64,000 nt of DNA. Source: Gaiellaceae bacterium (GTDB lineage Bacteria; Actinomycetota; Thermoleophilia; Gaiellales; Gaiellaceae). A model generated the notes under the pieces. That model searched no databases. It saw only the letters and a list, made by a program, of their open reading frames with translations, and had not been told where the DNA came from. This document shows, piece by piece, positions 1-8,514 of this stretch. Each line of letters opens with the position of its first letter. Within the stretch, counting starts at the first letter, position 1. Made by a program: the position numbers and the translations under genes. Where the stretch lies: positions 902 to 64,901 of the forward strand of contig DATMEO010000087.1 of assembly GCA_035556515.1 (NCBI GenBank). Direction: 5' to 3'.

Positions 1-190
1 CAACGTGCGCTGGCGAACCGCGCTCGCGCTCGGGGTCGTCTCGATCGCCGGTGCCGCGGCCGGCGTCCAGATCGCCACCGCGCTCCCGGAGGACGTGCTC
101 CGGCGGCTCTTCGCCGTGCTCCTCCTCGGCGTCGCCGCACAACTCGCATGGCGGTCGCGTCGTGCGGCCCCGTATCCTTCGCAGCCATGA
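1..190 (+). CDS. 3' end of a membrane protein gene (TauE/SafE-TSUP-like permease C-terminus); 5' end lies outside the window
   Basis: The frame is open from the window edge. It encodes hydrophobic C-terminal helices (ALALGVVSIAGAAAGVQIATALP...LLLGVAAQLAW). Stop TGA 188-190 overlaps the next ATG at 187. The family call is by resemblance only. Confidence 0.45.
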   Translation, partial: NVRWRTALALGVVSIAGAAAGVQIATALPEDVLRRLFAVLLLGVAAQLAWRSRRAAPYPSQP

Positions 191-576
191 ACGAGCACGA
201 GGAGATCTGGCTTCCGCTCGTCGACGAGCCGATCGGCAGCATCGTCGCGCAGATCCAGGCGGACGACCCGGAGATCGGGCGCCTCGTCGGCTCGCCGCGG
301 CGCATCCTCGCGTTCCGGACGTTCGCCTACATCCGCGTCGGCGTGAAGCTCGGCGAGCTGCTGGTCGACAACGACGTCCCGCCCTACGACGGTACCGAGA
401 ACTGGATCGAGCTCTTGCTCCGCGCGCCGGAGAACCGTCAGGCGATCGCGGCGGAGGTCCGTGCCGTCGCCGAGGAGATCGCCGCCGACCCGCGCTACGG
501 AGAGGACGAGCAGCTCGGGCCAGACCAGGCTGCGCGCGACCGTTTCCGCGAGTTCGCCCGCAAGCTCGACGCCTAG
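187..576 (+). CDS. hypothetical protein (129 aa, acidic, no recognised motif)
   Basis: ATG 187 forms an ATGA overlap with the upstream gene. GC3-rich codons run through to TAG 574-576. Confidence 0.55.
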   Translation: MNEHEEIWLPLVDEPIGSIVAQIQADDPEIGRLVGSPRRILAFRTFAYIRVGVKLGELLVDNDVPPYDGTENWIELLLRAPENRQAIAAEVRAVAEEIAADPRYGEDEQLGPDQAARDRFREFARKLDA

Positions 577-581
577 CGTCG

Positions 582-1298
582 CTAGTGCCCGATCAGGCTG
601 ACGAGGAAGATCGCGCCGAAGCCCGCCACCGTCAGGGCGACGCGCTTCAGAGACGGATGCTCGTGGGCGTGGGGGAGCAGGTCGGTCGCACCCATGAAGA
701 GGAAGAAGCCGGCGTAGACCGCCAGCAGCGCGCCCAGGCCCGCTTCTGAGATCGAGAGCGCCGAGCCGACGATCGCACCGGCCAGCGGCGCAGCCGCGTC
801 GATCGCGAGCCAGCGAATCGCGCGGGCGCGGTCACCCGACTGGCGCAGGACGAAGCCGACCGTGTTGAGCCCGTCGGCGAAGTCGTGCGCGACCACTGCG
901 ACGAAGACGAGCAGCCCCGTCTCGGTCGAGAGCCCGAATGCGAGCCCGATCCCGAGGCCGTCGATGAAGCTGTGCACCGAGAGGCCGGCTGCGCCGAGCA
1001 CGCCGACCCTCGCGTGCGCGTGGACATGGACGTCGTCGTCGCGGTGGTGGAGGACGAGCGCGCGCTCGGCGAGGAAGAAGAAGACGAAGCCGGCCCCCAC
1101 GAGCAGCCCCACCAGCTGCGGGTCGTCGACCGCCTCGATCGCCTCCGGCAGAACGTCGAAGAGCGCGACGGCGACGACGATGCCGCCCGTGAGCGCGATC
1201 GCGGTTGTGAGTTCGCGCGCCATCCGCAATGCGACCGCGCCTCCCGCGAGAGTCGACAGCACGGTCACCCCCGCGAGCGGAATTGCGATCCAGTTCAC
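582..1298 (-). CDS. ZIP family divalent metal (zinc) transporter
   Basis: Multi-TM protein with a His-rich loop (HHRDDDVHVHAH) and ZIP signatures (HSFIDGLGIG, VVAHDFADGL). I chose GTG 1298 (VNWIAIPLAG). The longer upstream extension is Arg/Pro-rich and looks non-coding. Confidence 0.9.
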   Translation of the reverse strand: MNWIAIPLAGVTVLSTLAGGAVALRMARELTTAIALTGGIVVAVALFDVLPEAIEAVDDPQLVGLLVGAGFVFFFLAERALVLHHRDDDVHVHAHARVGVLGAAGLSVHSFIDGLGIGLAFGLSTETGLLVFVAVVAHDFADGLNTVGFVLRQSGDRARAIRWLAIDAAAPLAGAIVGSALSISEAGLGALLAVYAGFFLFMGATDLLPHAHEHPSLKRVALTVAGFGAIFLVSLIGH

Positions 1299-1308
1299 GC
1301 CCTCGGCC

Positions 1309-1350
1309 GCCTTTCGCTCCCGCCCGGCGGAGCCGGGCTCCGCGAAAGGC
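1309..1350 (-). promoter_or_regulatory. long GC hairpin in the zur-ZIP intergenic region, immediately 5' of the ZIP start
   Basis: Outer stem GCCTTTCGC(1309-1317)/GCGAAAGGC(1342-1350), 9 bp. Inner stem GCCCGGC(1322-1328)/GCCGGGC(1332-1338), 7 bp. On the mRNA strand the stem includes GAAAGG, 11 nt upstream of GTG 1298. No U-tract follows. Confidence 0.3.
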
Positions 1351-1446
1351 TGACGCGGCTCGCGCGGCTCCAGCCGGCGGTCCGTACCTCCGTACTGTTC
1401 CACCGGCCTACGCCACGCGAGCCGCGTCCCGAGAACGTGAACGGGT

Positions 1447-1845
1447 TCATGCGCAGCGTCTGCAGGTGCCGTAGATGTCGAGCTCGTGCGCCGCGGGGCG
1501 GAAGCCGTGCCGGCGCTCCAGCTCCGCCTCCGACGGCGCGGCGCAGAGCTCGGTCTCCTCGACGCCGCCACAGCTCGTGCAGACGAGATGGTGATGGTGC
1601 TCGGGATGGCAGCGGACGTACGTCGGCCTGCCCTCTCCGAGCAGGGGATGGACGCCGCCGTTCGCGCGCAGCAGCTCGACCGTTCGGTAGGTCGTCGCGA
1701 GCCCGAGCCCGGGCTCGAACCTGCGTGCGCGATCGTGCAGCTCCGCCACCGTAAAGCTGCCCGAGGACTCCGCCACGGCTCGGACGACGGCGAGCCGCTG
1801 GGCCGTCGGGCGGACGCCGTCGGGGAGTGAGAGGTCAGCTGCCAC
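1447..1845 (-). CDS. Fur-family metalloregulator, probably Zur (zinc uptake regulator)
   Basis: Fur-like sequence: winged-helix region TAQRLAVVRAV..FTVAELH, then HPEHHHHLVCTSCGGVEE and a C-terminal CRRC. I prefer start GTG 1845. The alternative ATG 1875 lies inside the Zur-box-like palindrome. The Zur assignment rests on context (ZIP gene downstream). Confidence 0.85.
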   Translation of the reverse strand: MAADLSLPDGVRPTAQRLAVVRAVAESSGSFTVAELHDRARRFEPGLGLATTYRTVELLRANGGVHPLLGEGRPTYVRCHPEHHHHLVCTSCGGVEETELCAAPSEAELERRHGFRPAAHELDIYGTCRRCA

Positions 1846-1859
1846 GCGGCGAGCGTAGC

Positions 1860-1874
1860 TGAAAACGATTCTCA
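1860..1874. promoter_or_regulatory. Zur-box-like palindrome TGAAAACGATTCTCA in the divergent zur / M23 peptidase region
   Basis: An AT-rich 15-mer in an otherwise GC-rich region. It resembles the actinobacterial Zur box consensus TGAAAATGATTTTCA as I remember it (13/15). It is followed by a repeated TTCTCA. Confidence 0.45.
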
Positions 1875-1926
1875 TTCTCAACACTAACCGCGCATCGTCT
1901 CGCCAGATCCGGATAATGGAGGTGCG

Positions 1927-3369
1927 TTGTACCCGAGGCTGATCGCACTGCTCCTGATCGCCGGGTCGCTTGCTGCTGCAGCGACCGGCGCCGGCGCGCC
2001 TTCGGAGCCGGCGATCGTCTCGGCCGGCGCGCACGGCCTCTCGATTCTCGTTCCCGGCCAACCCGCCTCGATCGCGGCCGAGGCGTCCTCGCCCGGGCCC
2101 GGCGAGACCGGCGTCGCCGACGCGTTCGTCTTTCCCGCCGACGGCTCGCTCGTGCGCACGGGCGCGCTCTCCTCGAGCGTCTCCTCGCGCGCGACCGGCG
2201 CGGTGAGCGGCCAGGCGGTCAGCGACGTTCTCGGCGTGACGCTCTTCAACGGCGAGTTGACGGCGGAGAGCGTTGCCGGGAGGGCGAAGGCCTCTGCGGC
2301 GGGCGCCGACGCAGCGGGGTCCAACGTGACCAACCTCGTCGTCTTCGGGACGCAGGTGCCGGCGACGCCGAACCTGCGTGTGCAGTTGGGCGATTGGGGC
2401 TACCTGATCGTGCTCGAGCAGGTCGTGGAGGCACCTGTCGCCGACGGAACGAGGGACGCCCGCGGCGCCGTCAACGCCCTCCACGTCGTCCTCACCGCCG
2501 ACCACGCCGGCCTGCCTGCAGGAACCGAGATCCTCGTCGCGCACGCCGAGGCGGCAGCGTCGACGCCGGCCGAGGCACCAGCCGCGACGACGTTGACGAC
2601 GGAGGCGCCCACTCCGCCTGGTCGCCCGCCGGGCGCACCGGCGAAGGCGCGCAAGCCGCTGCCGAAGCCGCCGGAGCCGGGCGTGCTCCCGCACAAGCCG
2701 GGCTCGGTCTTCCGGCTGCCGCCGACCGACGTCTCGGCACCGCTCTCACCCGCGGGTTACGTCTTCCCCGTCTACGGGCCCTCCTCGTTCACCGACACGT
2801 TCCGGGCCGCCCGCGCGGGCGTCGGCTGGCACCACGGCGAGGACATCTTCGCCCCGCTAGGCGCGCCGCTCTTGGCCGTGGCGGACGGGACCGTCTTCTC
2901 CGTCGGCTGGAACGACCGCGGCGGCTACCGCCTCTGGCTCCGCGACCGGCAGGGCAACCAGTTCTACTACGCGCACCTCTCGGCGTTCTCGCCGCTCGCG
3001 ATCGACGGCAACGAGGTGAAGGCGGGCGACGTGATCGCCTTCGTCGGCAACACCGGCGACGCGCAGACGACCCCGTACCATCTCCACTTCGAGATCCACC
3101 CGGTCGGCCTGCTGCCGCTCGGCTACGACGGTGTCGTGAACGCGTTTCCGTACCTGAGCGCGTGGCGGCGGTTGGAGGACGTCACCTTCGCGGCCGGCCG
3201 CGGCTGGGCGCCGCCGGTGCCGTCGAATGCGACTGCGCCGAAGCCGGCGGCGATTCTGCTCGGTTCGACCGATATCTCGAGCGCGAGCGGGCTCGACCCC
3301 GGCTCGCTGGACCGTGCGCTGACCGCCCCGGTTTCCCAGGGCGACAGCACGGTTCTCGGCGCCGGCTAG
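1927..3369 (+). CDS. secreted M23 family (LytM-like) zinc metallopeptidase
   Basis: TTG start with signal-like N-terminus (LIALLLIAGSLAAAATGAGA), then a Pro/Ala-rich linker. The C-terminal M23 domain has WHHGEDIFAPLGAP and GNTGDAQTTPYHLHFEIHP. Confidence 0.9.
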   Translation: MYPRLIALLLIAGSLAAAATGAGAPSEPAIVSAGAHGLSILVPGQPASIAAEASSPGPGETGVADAFVFPADGSLVRTGALSSSVSSRATGAVSGQAVSDVLGVTLFNGELTAESVAGRAKASAAGADAAGSNVTNLVVFGTQVPATPNLRVQLGDWGYLIVLEQVVEAPVADGTRDARGAVNALHVVLTADHAGLPAGTEILVAHAEAAASTPAEAPAATTLTTEAPTPPGRPPGAPAKARKPLPKPPEPGVLPHKPGSVFRLPPTDVSAPLSPAGYVFPVYGPSSFTDTFRAARAGVGWHHGEDIFAPLGAPLLAVADGTVFSVGWNDRGGYRLWLRDRQGNQFYYAHLSAFSPLAIDGNEVKAGDVIAFVGNTGDAQTTPYHLHFEIHPVGLLPLGYDGVVNAFPYLSAWRRLEDVTFAAGRGWAPPVPSNATAPKPAAILLGSTDISSASGLDPGSLDRALTAPVSQGDSTVLGAG

Positions 3370-3806
3370 GCGTCGTCGCTCGACGAGCTCGTGCTCGGCG
3401 GCGGCGTATAGGTGTAGTCGTCGGAGCCCTCGCCGGTGACCTTCTCCATCAGCCAGGCGCGGGTCTGCGGGCCTGTCATCGGGTTGAAGAGAATGCCGGC
3501 TGTGATGCCCGCCAGCAGCAGCATCGTGTTGCGGGCGCCGTGGTCCTCTTTGCCCTGGATCCGGTTCGCCGCAGTGCGGAGCTCGTCGACCGCTTTCTTC
3601 AGGTTGTCCTGGATCTCCTTGTCCGTCGCCGCGCGCACGGCGGTCGACGTCAGGTTGCGATTGCCGAGCAGCTCGGCGTAGACGTCCCGCGCAGCCTTGA
3701 AGGCTTCCTTCAGATTGTCGTGCAGGTCGTCGTCGTGCAGAGCCCGGTCGACGTAGGGCTTCATCGTGTCGGCGGTGTCGTAGAGCTTTTCCTTGGTCTT
3801 GGCCAT
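3366..3806 (-). CDS. hypothetical protein with helical N-terminal region and one C-terminal TM helix
   Basis: ATG 3806 with upstream GGAAAGGA. The coding-like composition is unusually Lys/Asp-rich for this genome. TM segment MLLLAGITAGILF. Converges on the M23 gene with a 4-nt overlap. Confidence 0.6.
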   Translation of the reverse strand: MAKTKEKLYDTADTMKPYVDRALHDDDLHDNLKEAFKAARDVYAELLGNRNLTSTAVRAATDKEIQDNLKKAVDELRTAANRIQGKEDHGARNTMLLLAGITAGILFNPMTGPQTRAWLMEKVTGEGSDDYTYTPPPSTSSSSDDA

Positions 3807-3894
3807 CCGGCCCGTCCTTTCAGTCTCGTGGTCGCTCCGACAGTCTTGCCGTAGGGCGATCCTCGCAAACAGGAGCTACTTGCGCCAAGGGTGC

Positions 3895-3912
3895 GATCCG
3901 CAGGAGCGGATC
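3895..3912 (-). terminator. hairpin GATCCGC-AGGA-GCGGATC downstream of lon
   Basis: A 7-bp perfect stem 16 nt after the lon stop (3928). It shares the ATCCGC/GCGGAT core with hairpin 2 of the dispersed repeat family. No U-tract. Confidence 0.35.
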
Positions 3913-3927
3913 CCGCCCGCGCGACAA

Positions 3928-6312
3928 TCAGCTGCGCGAGGCCGCCGCCTGGCGGTGCAGCGTCGCATGTCTGGGCCGCCGCTTGCCGGTGGTGCCGCGG
4001 AAGGCGTCCTCGAACACCTCCTCGACATGGTCGACGAGCACGAACTCGAGCTCCGCACGGGTCTCGGGTGGGAGGTCGTCGAGGTCGTGCGCGTTCTCGA
4101 GCGGCAGGATCACGCGCTTGAGCCCGGCACGCTCGGCTGCGAGCACCTTCTCGCGCACGCCGCCGATCGGCAGCACCTGGCCCGTAAGCGTGATCTCGCC
4201 GGTCATGCCGACGTCGTCGTCGACCGGAATGCCGCGCACGAGCGAGACGATCGTGGTCGCCATCGTCACGCCGGCCGAGGGGCCGTCCTTCGGGACGGCG
4301 CCCGCGGGCACGTGAATGTGCACGTCGTTGGCGGCGAACCACTCCGCGGCCAGCCCGAGCTCGGCCGCGTGGGAGCGCACCCAGGAGAGCGCCGCCTGCG
4401 CCGACTCCTGCATCACCTCGCCCAGCTGTCCGGTAATCGTCAGCTTGCCCTTGCCCGGGTACGCAGTCGCCTCGATGAAGAGGACGTCGCCGCCGACGGC
4501 CGTGTAGGCCAGTCCGGTCGCCACGCCCGGATCGGCCGTCCGTCTGCGGGCGTCGATCGAGAACTTGCGTGCGCCGAGCCACTCGCGCACGCGCTCTTCG
4601 TCGACCCTGAGCTTCTCGGTGTGCCCGGTCGCGACGAGGGTCGCCGCCTTGCGGCAGAGCGTCGCGATCTGCCGGTCGAGATTCCGGACCCCTGCTTCGC
4701 GTGTGTACTCGGCAATCACGAGTCGCAGTGTCTTGTCCGTGATCGTGAGCCGGCTCTTCTTGAGCCCGTGCGCGGCGATCTGCTTCGGGACGAGGTAGCG
4801 CTTGGCGATCCCGAGCTTCTCCTCGTGCGTGTAACCGGAGAGCTGGATCACGTCCATCCGGTCGAGCAGCGGCCCGGGGATCGTGTCGAGCGTGTTCGCG
4901 GTGCAGATGAAGAGCACCTTCGAGAGGTCGTACGGAAGGTCGAGGTAGTGGTCGCGGAAGCTCGAGTGCTGCTCGGGGTCGAGCACCTCGAGCATCGCCG
5001 AGGCCGGGTCGCCGCGGAAGTCTGCGCCCATCTTGTCGATCTCGTCGATCAGGAAGACGGGGTTGGACGACTCGGCGTCCCGAATCGCGCGCACGATCGT
5101 GCCGGGCATGGCCCCGATGTAGGTGCGCCGGTGTCCGCGGATCTCCGATTCGTCGCGGACGCCGCCGACCGAGATCCGGGCGAAGGTGCGGCCGAGCGCG
5201 CGCGCGACCGACTGCCCAAGAGACGTCTTGCCGACGCCGGGCGGGCCGACGAAGCAGAGGATCGGGCCGGAGAGGTCGTTCTTCAGCTTCGAGACGGCGA
5301 GGTGCTCGATGATCCGCTCCTTCACCTTCTCGAGGTCGAAGTGGTCCTCGTCGAGGATCTGCTGTGCGTGGTCGAGGTCGAGGTTGTCCTCGGTGACTGT
5401 TCCCCACGGGAGCGAGAGGATCCAGTCCAGGTAGGTGCGGATGACCCCGTACTCGGCGGCCGCGGGCGGGAGGCGCTCGAGCCGGTGCACCTCGCGCAGA
5501 GCCGCCTTGGTGACGTGCTCGGGCAAGTCCTTGGCTTCCAGCTGCTCGAGCAGCTCGTTGATCTCGGCCTGGTGGTCGTCGCCCTCACCGAGCTCCTCCT
5601 GGATCGCTTTCAGCTGCTGCCTGAGGAAGAACTCGCGCTGGCCCTTGTCGATCTCGCTCGCGACCTGCGACTGGATCTTCGAGCCGAGCTCCGACATCTC
5701 GACCTCGCGGCCGAGGATCCCCGCGATCCGGCGCAACCGCTCCTCGACGTCGGCGGTCTCGAGCAGCTCCTGGCGCTCGTCGGTCTTCAGACGCAGCGTC
5801 GAGGCGATCAAGTGGGTGAGCGCAGTCGGGTCGTCGACGTTCGCGGCGGCGAGCTGTAGCTCCTCCGGCAGATACGGCGTCATCCCGATGATCTGCCCGA
5901 ACTGCTGCTGGACGGTCCGGGTCAGCGCCTCGACCTCGGGCGAGTCCGGCACGATCTCCGGCAGGTCCTCGAGCTCGGCGACGAGGTACGGATCGTCCTC
6001 GACGGGCTTCACGAGGCGGACGCGCTGAACGCCCTGCACGAGGATCCGAAGCGTCCCGTCAGGCACCTTGATCATCTTGTGCACGACCGCGACGGTGCCG
6101 ACGCGATAGATGTCGTCCCAGCCCGGCTGCTCGGCGTCCTCGTTCTCGACGGTGAAGAGCGCGAGCATCCGCTCTCCCGAGACGACGTCGTCGATCAGCT
6201 TGACCGACCGCTCCTGGCCGACCGCGAGCGGTGTCATCGACTCGGGGAAGACGACGGTCTCCTTCAGCGGCAGCACCGGCAGCCGCAGGCGGTCGGAGGC
6301 GGTCTCGCTCAT
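3928..6312 (-). CDS. lon: ATP-dependent Lon protease
   Basis: 794 aa with a LON N-domain ([13 protein letters not shown]), Walker [12 protein letters not shown], and a protease domain with catalytic Ser context [13 protein letters not shown]. Confidence 0.97.
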   Translation of the reverse strand: MSETASDRLRLPVLPLKETVVFPESMTPLAVGQERSVKLIDDVVSGERMLALFTVENEDAEQPGWDDIYRVGTVAVVHKMIKVPDGTLRILVQGVQRVRLVKPVEDDPYLVAELEDLPEIVPDSPEVEALTRTVQQQFGQIIGMTPYLPEELQLAAANVDDPTALTHLIASTLRLKTDERQELLETADVEERLRRIAGILGREVEMSELGSKIQSQVASEIDKGQREFFLRQQLKAIQEELGEGDDHQAEINELLEQLEAKDLPEHVTKAALREVHRLERLPPAAAEYGVIRTYLDWILSLPWGTVTEDNLDLDHAQQILDEDHFDLEKVKERIIEHLAVSKLKNDLSGPILCFVGPPGVGKTSLGQSVARALGRTFARISVGGVRDESEIRGHRRTYIGAMPGTIVRAIRDAESSNPVFLIDEIDKMGADFRGDPASAMLEVLDPEQHSSFRDHYLDLPYDLSKVLFICTANTLDTIPGPLLDRMDVIQLSGYTHEEKLGIAKRYLVPKQIAAHGLKKSRLTITDKTLRLVIAEYTREAGVRNLDRQIATLCRKAATLVATGHTEKLRVDEERVREWLGARKFSIDARRRTADPGVATGLAYTAVGGDVLFIEATAYPGKGKLTITGQLGEVMQESAQAALSWVRSHAAELGLAAEWFAANDVHIHVPAGAVPKDGPSAGVTMATTIVSLVRGIPVDDDVGMTGEITLTGQVLPIGGVREKVLAAERAGLKRVILPLENAHDLDDLPPETRAELEFVLVDHVEEVFEDAFRGTTGKRRPRHATLHRQAAASRS

Positions 6313-6746
6313 GCGGTCCTGCGCACGACGATGACCACGGCCGAACCGACCCGTTTCCGACGGGCGACGGGGAGGGTGATCTGGAGCATGCCGGCTTCGT
6401 AGGTGGCGCGGGACGCGGCCGCGTCGATGTCCCGCTCGAGCGGGATCTGGCGCCGGAAGCGCCCGTACTCGATCTCGGCCTGCTGGTAGACCTGCCCCGG
6501 CACGCGCGGGCGGGCGCGGCTGCCGGAGATCGTCAGTGCGCGCTCCTCGACCGAGAGCTCGATCGAGTCGGGATCGACGCCTGCCAGCTCGACGATGACG
6601 ACGAGCTGGGGCGGATCGTCGGTGAAGAAGCAGTCGACCGCGGGGCGGAAGCCGTCCCTGATCCCGGAGAATCGCGGCACCTGCCAGAGGTCGGCGAAGA
6701 GCTCGTCGATCTCTCCCTGCAGGCGGTCGATGTCGCGCCGCGCCAT
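6309..6746 (-). CDS. Hsp20/alpha-crystallin family small heat shock protein
   Basis: Alpha-crystallin domain pattern (PAVDCFFTDDPPQLVVIVELAGVDPDSIELSVEERALTISG...GRFRRQIPL...ATYEAGMLQITLP). Its stop overlaps the lon ATG (ATGA at 6309-6312). I chose ATG 6746; ATG 6785 is also possible. Confidence 0.9.
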   Translation of the reverse strand: MARRDIDRLQGEIDELFADLWQVPRFSGIRDGFRPAVDCFFTDDPPQLVVIVELAGVDPDSIELSVEERALTISGSRARPRVPGQVYQQAEIEYGRFRRQIPLERDIDAAASRATYEAGMLQITLPVARRKRVGSAVVIVVRRTA

Positions 6747-6783
6747 TGAGGGAGACGTTACCCCGCGCGGTACGATCGAACGC

Positions 6784-6912
6784 ATGACCCGGGTGCGGCG
6801 GATCCTGAAGCTGCTCGGCGCCGCGTTGGCCTTCGCCGTCTACGTCTGGTTCGCAGCGGTGCGCTACGCACCGGGCGTGAAGGCGCGGAAAGCCCGGCGC
6901 CGCGCCCGTTAA
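6784..6912 (+). CDS. possible small membrane protein (42 aa)
   Basis: ATG 6784, GC3-rich codons, one TM helix (ILKLLGAALAFAVYVWFAAV) followed by a basic tail. No homology recognised. Confidence 0.35.
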   Translation: MTRVRRILKLLGAALAFAVYVWFAAVRYAPGVKARKARRRAR

Positions 6913-6938
6913 CAGGATCCTTATGTGTCGAAACGGGT

Positions 6939-8192
6939 ATGTCCGGGAACGCGTCTGGAATGCGATTTCCGCTCGCCGTGGTCTTCTCGTGCGCGCTGCT
7001 CGGCGTCTGCGCGCCGGCGGCTGACGCGTCGCCCAACGTCCGCTTCGGGATCCAGGACGACGCCTGGCTGATCCACGGTGCCGGCGCGCTCGACGAGCGG
7101 CTCGACCGGCTCGAGCGGCTCGGCGTCGATGTCGTCCGCTTCAACCTGCACTGGGACAAGATCGAGCCGTCGCGCGGCGAGTACGACTGGGAGGACAGCG
7201 ACGCCGTGCTCAACGGTCTCCGCGGCCGCGGGATCCCGGCCGTGGTCGGAATCGTCGGCTCGCCCCGGTGGGCGAACGGCGGCAGGACCCAGAACTTCGC
7301 TCCCGGCGCGTCGTCGTTCGCCGGCTTCGCCCGCGCCGCGGCCACGCGCTACCGCTGGGTGAGGCAGTGGTTGATGTGGAACGAGCCGAACCAGGCGCGC
7401 TGGCTGCGCCCGACCTCGCCGAGCGTCTACGTCCGCCAGATCCTCAATCCCGGCTATGCGGCGATCCACTCCGTGATCCCGCGCGCGAAGGTCGCCGGCG
7501 GCGTCACCGCACCGCGGGGCTCGAGCGGCGGCGTCTCTCCGGTCAGGTGGATCCGCGGGATGCGCGCCGCGCGCGCCCGCCTCGACGCGTACGCCCACCA
7601 CCCGTATCCGTCGAGCAGCCGTGAAACGCCGTTCACCGGCGGCTGCAGCCACTGCGAGACGATCACGATGGCGACGCTCGAGAAGTTGATCGCCCACGTG
7701 GGCCGCGCTTTCGGCCCGAAGCGGATCTGGCTGACCGAGTACGGCTACCAGACCGGCGCGTACGGCGTCACCCAGCAGCGGCAGGCCGAGCTGCTCGGCC
7801 AGTCGGGCCTCCGCGCCCACAAGGCCGCCCGGGTCGACATGCTGATCCACTACCTCGTCAAGGACGAGCCCGAGGCGAGCCGGTTCCAGAGCGGCCTCTT
7901 CAACATCGCCGGCCGCCCGAAGCTCGCCGCCCTCGCGTTCCCGCTCCCGATCGCCCAGGCCGGGCGCAGCGCCGGCAAGCTCGTCCTCTGGGGCCAGGTA
8001 CGCCCGCGCTCCGGCGTCCAGACGTATCGGGTGCAGGTGCGCATCGGCGGCGGCTGGCGCTTCAGCGGCGGCACTCGCCGCACGAGCGCACGTGGCTTCT
8101 TCAGCACGGCCGTGGCCGCGCCGCCCCGCGCGAGCGTCCGCATCTACTCGTCGCGGGACCGCGCCTACAGCGCAACCATCCGCTCCCGCTAG
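6939..8192 (+). CDS. secreted clan GH-A TIM-barrel glycoside hydrolase-like protein (GH5/GH39/PslG-like)
   Basis: Signal peptide MRFPLAVVFSCALLGVCAPAADA (the start may be ATG 6960). Acid/base-type motif WLMWNEPN and nucleophile-type motif IWLTEYGY. Also RFNLHWDKIEPSRGEYDW. Confidence 0.75.
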   Translation: MSGNASGMRFPLAVVFSCALLGVCAPAADASPNVRFGIQDDAWLIHGAGALDERLDRLERLGVDVVRFNLHWDKIEPSRGEYDWEDSDAVLNGLRGRGIPAVVGIVGSPRWANGGRTQNFAPGASSFAGFARAAATRYRWVRQWLMWNEPNQARWLRPTSPSVYVRQILNPGYAAIHSVIPRAKVAGGVTAPRGSSGGVSPVRWIRGMRAARARLDAYAHHPYPSSSRETPFTGGCSHCETITMATLEKLIAHVGRAFGPKRIWLTEYGYQTGAYGVTQQRQAELLGQSGLRAHKAARVDMLIHYLVKDEPEASRFQSGLFNIAGRPKLAALAFPLPIAQAGRSAGKLVLWGQVRPRSGVQTYRVQVRIGGGWRFSGGTRRTSARGFFSTAVAAPPRASVRIYSSRDRAYSATIRSR

Positions 8193-8203
8193 AGACGCGC
8201 GCG

Positions 8204-8270
8204 CGGGCCGCGAAGCGGCCCCCTTCAGGGGTCTTCGCGCGATGAGCGTCCGCGTCAGCGGATGCTCATC
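8204..8270. repeat. bipartite hairpin repeat, copy 1
   Basis: Sequence CGGGCCGCGAAGCGGCCCCCTTCAGGGGTCTTCGCGCGATGAGCGTCCGCGTCAGCGGATGCTCATC. Hairpin 1 is GGGCCGC/GCGGCCC. Hairpin 2 is GATGAGCGTCCGC/GCGGATGCTCATC (13 bp, 1 mismatch). It lies between convergent genes. See the copies at 25821 and 54756. Confidence 0.6.
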
Positions 8271-8275
8271 CTGCG

Positions 8276-8479
8276 CTAACGAAGCAGCGCGATCAGGACG
8301 ATCGCGACGGAGATCGCGAGCACGATCCACGCGAGCCGCATGACGCGAAACGCACGGCGCTCGCCCTGCCCGGGCCCCGGCTCGGGCGTGTAGGGGTCGA
8401 GCGGGGGCGACGGCTGGCGCGGGAGCTCGTCGTCGCCCTCGAGCACCTGTGGGTCGTGCTGGACCTCTCGCTCGGTCAT
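8276..8479 (-). CDS. possible small membrane protein (67 aa)
   Basis: GC3-rich ORF with a C-terminal TM helix (MRLAWIVLAISVAIVLIALL). No homology recognised. Confidence 0.45.
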   Translation of the reverse strand: MTEREVQHDPQVLEGDDELPRQPSPPLDPYTPEPGPGQGERRAFRVMRLAWIVLAISVAIVLIALLR

Positions 8480-8514
8480 GCGGGTGTTATGGCCAGGTCG
8501 CTACGTTCCGAACC

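Noticed and set aside
1873-1875. ATG 1875 as the start of the Fur-family gene
   Set aside because: It lies inside the Zur-box-like palindrome and adds a non-conserved MRIVFSYARR extension. GTG 1845 is preferred, although a leaderless mRNA starting at ATG 1875 cannot be excluded.
3761-5859. Long ORFs (548 aa on the minus strand, 688 aa on the plus strand) overlapping lon
   Set aside because: They are out-of-frame or antisense shadows of an unmistakable Lon protease gene. Their translations are Arg/Pro/Gly/Asp-rich with no motifs, as expected for non-coding frames in roughly 70% GC DNA.
8092-8343. Possibility that the dispersed repeat encodes a short peptide (ORFs reading ...GREAAPFRGL... and ...GREAAPSRGC...)
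   Set aside because: The three copies sit in different frames relative to flanking ORFs. Copy 3 differs at the peptide level. The conservation pattern follows base pairing, not codons.
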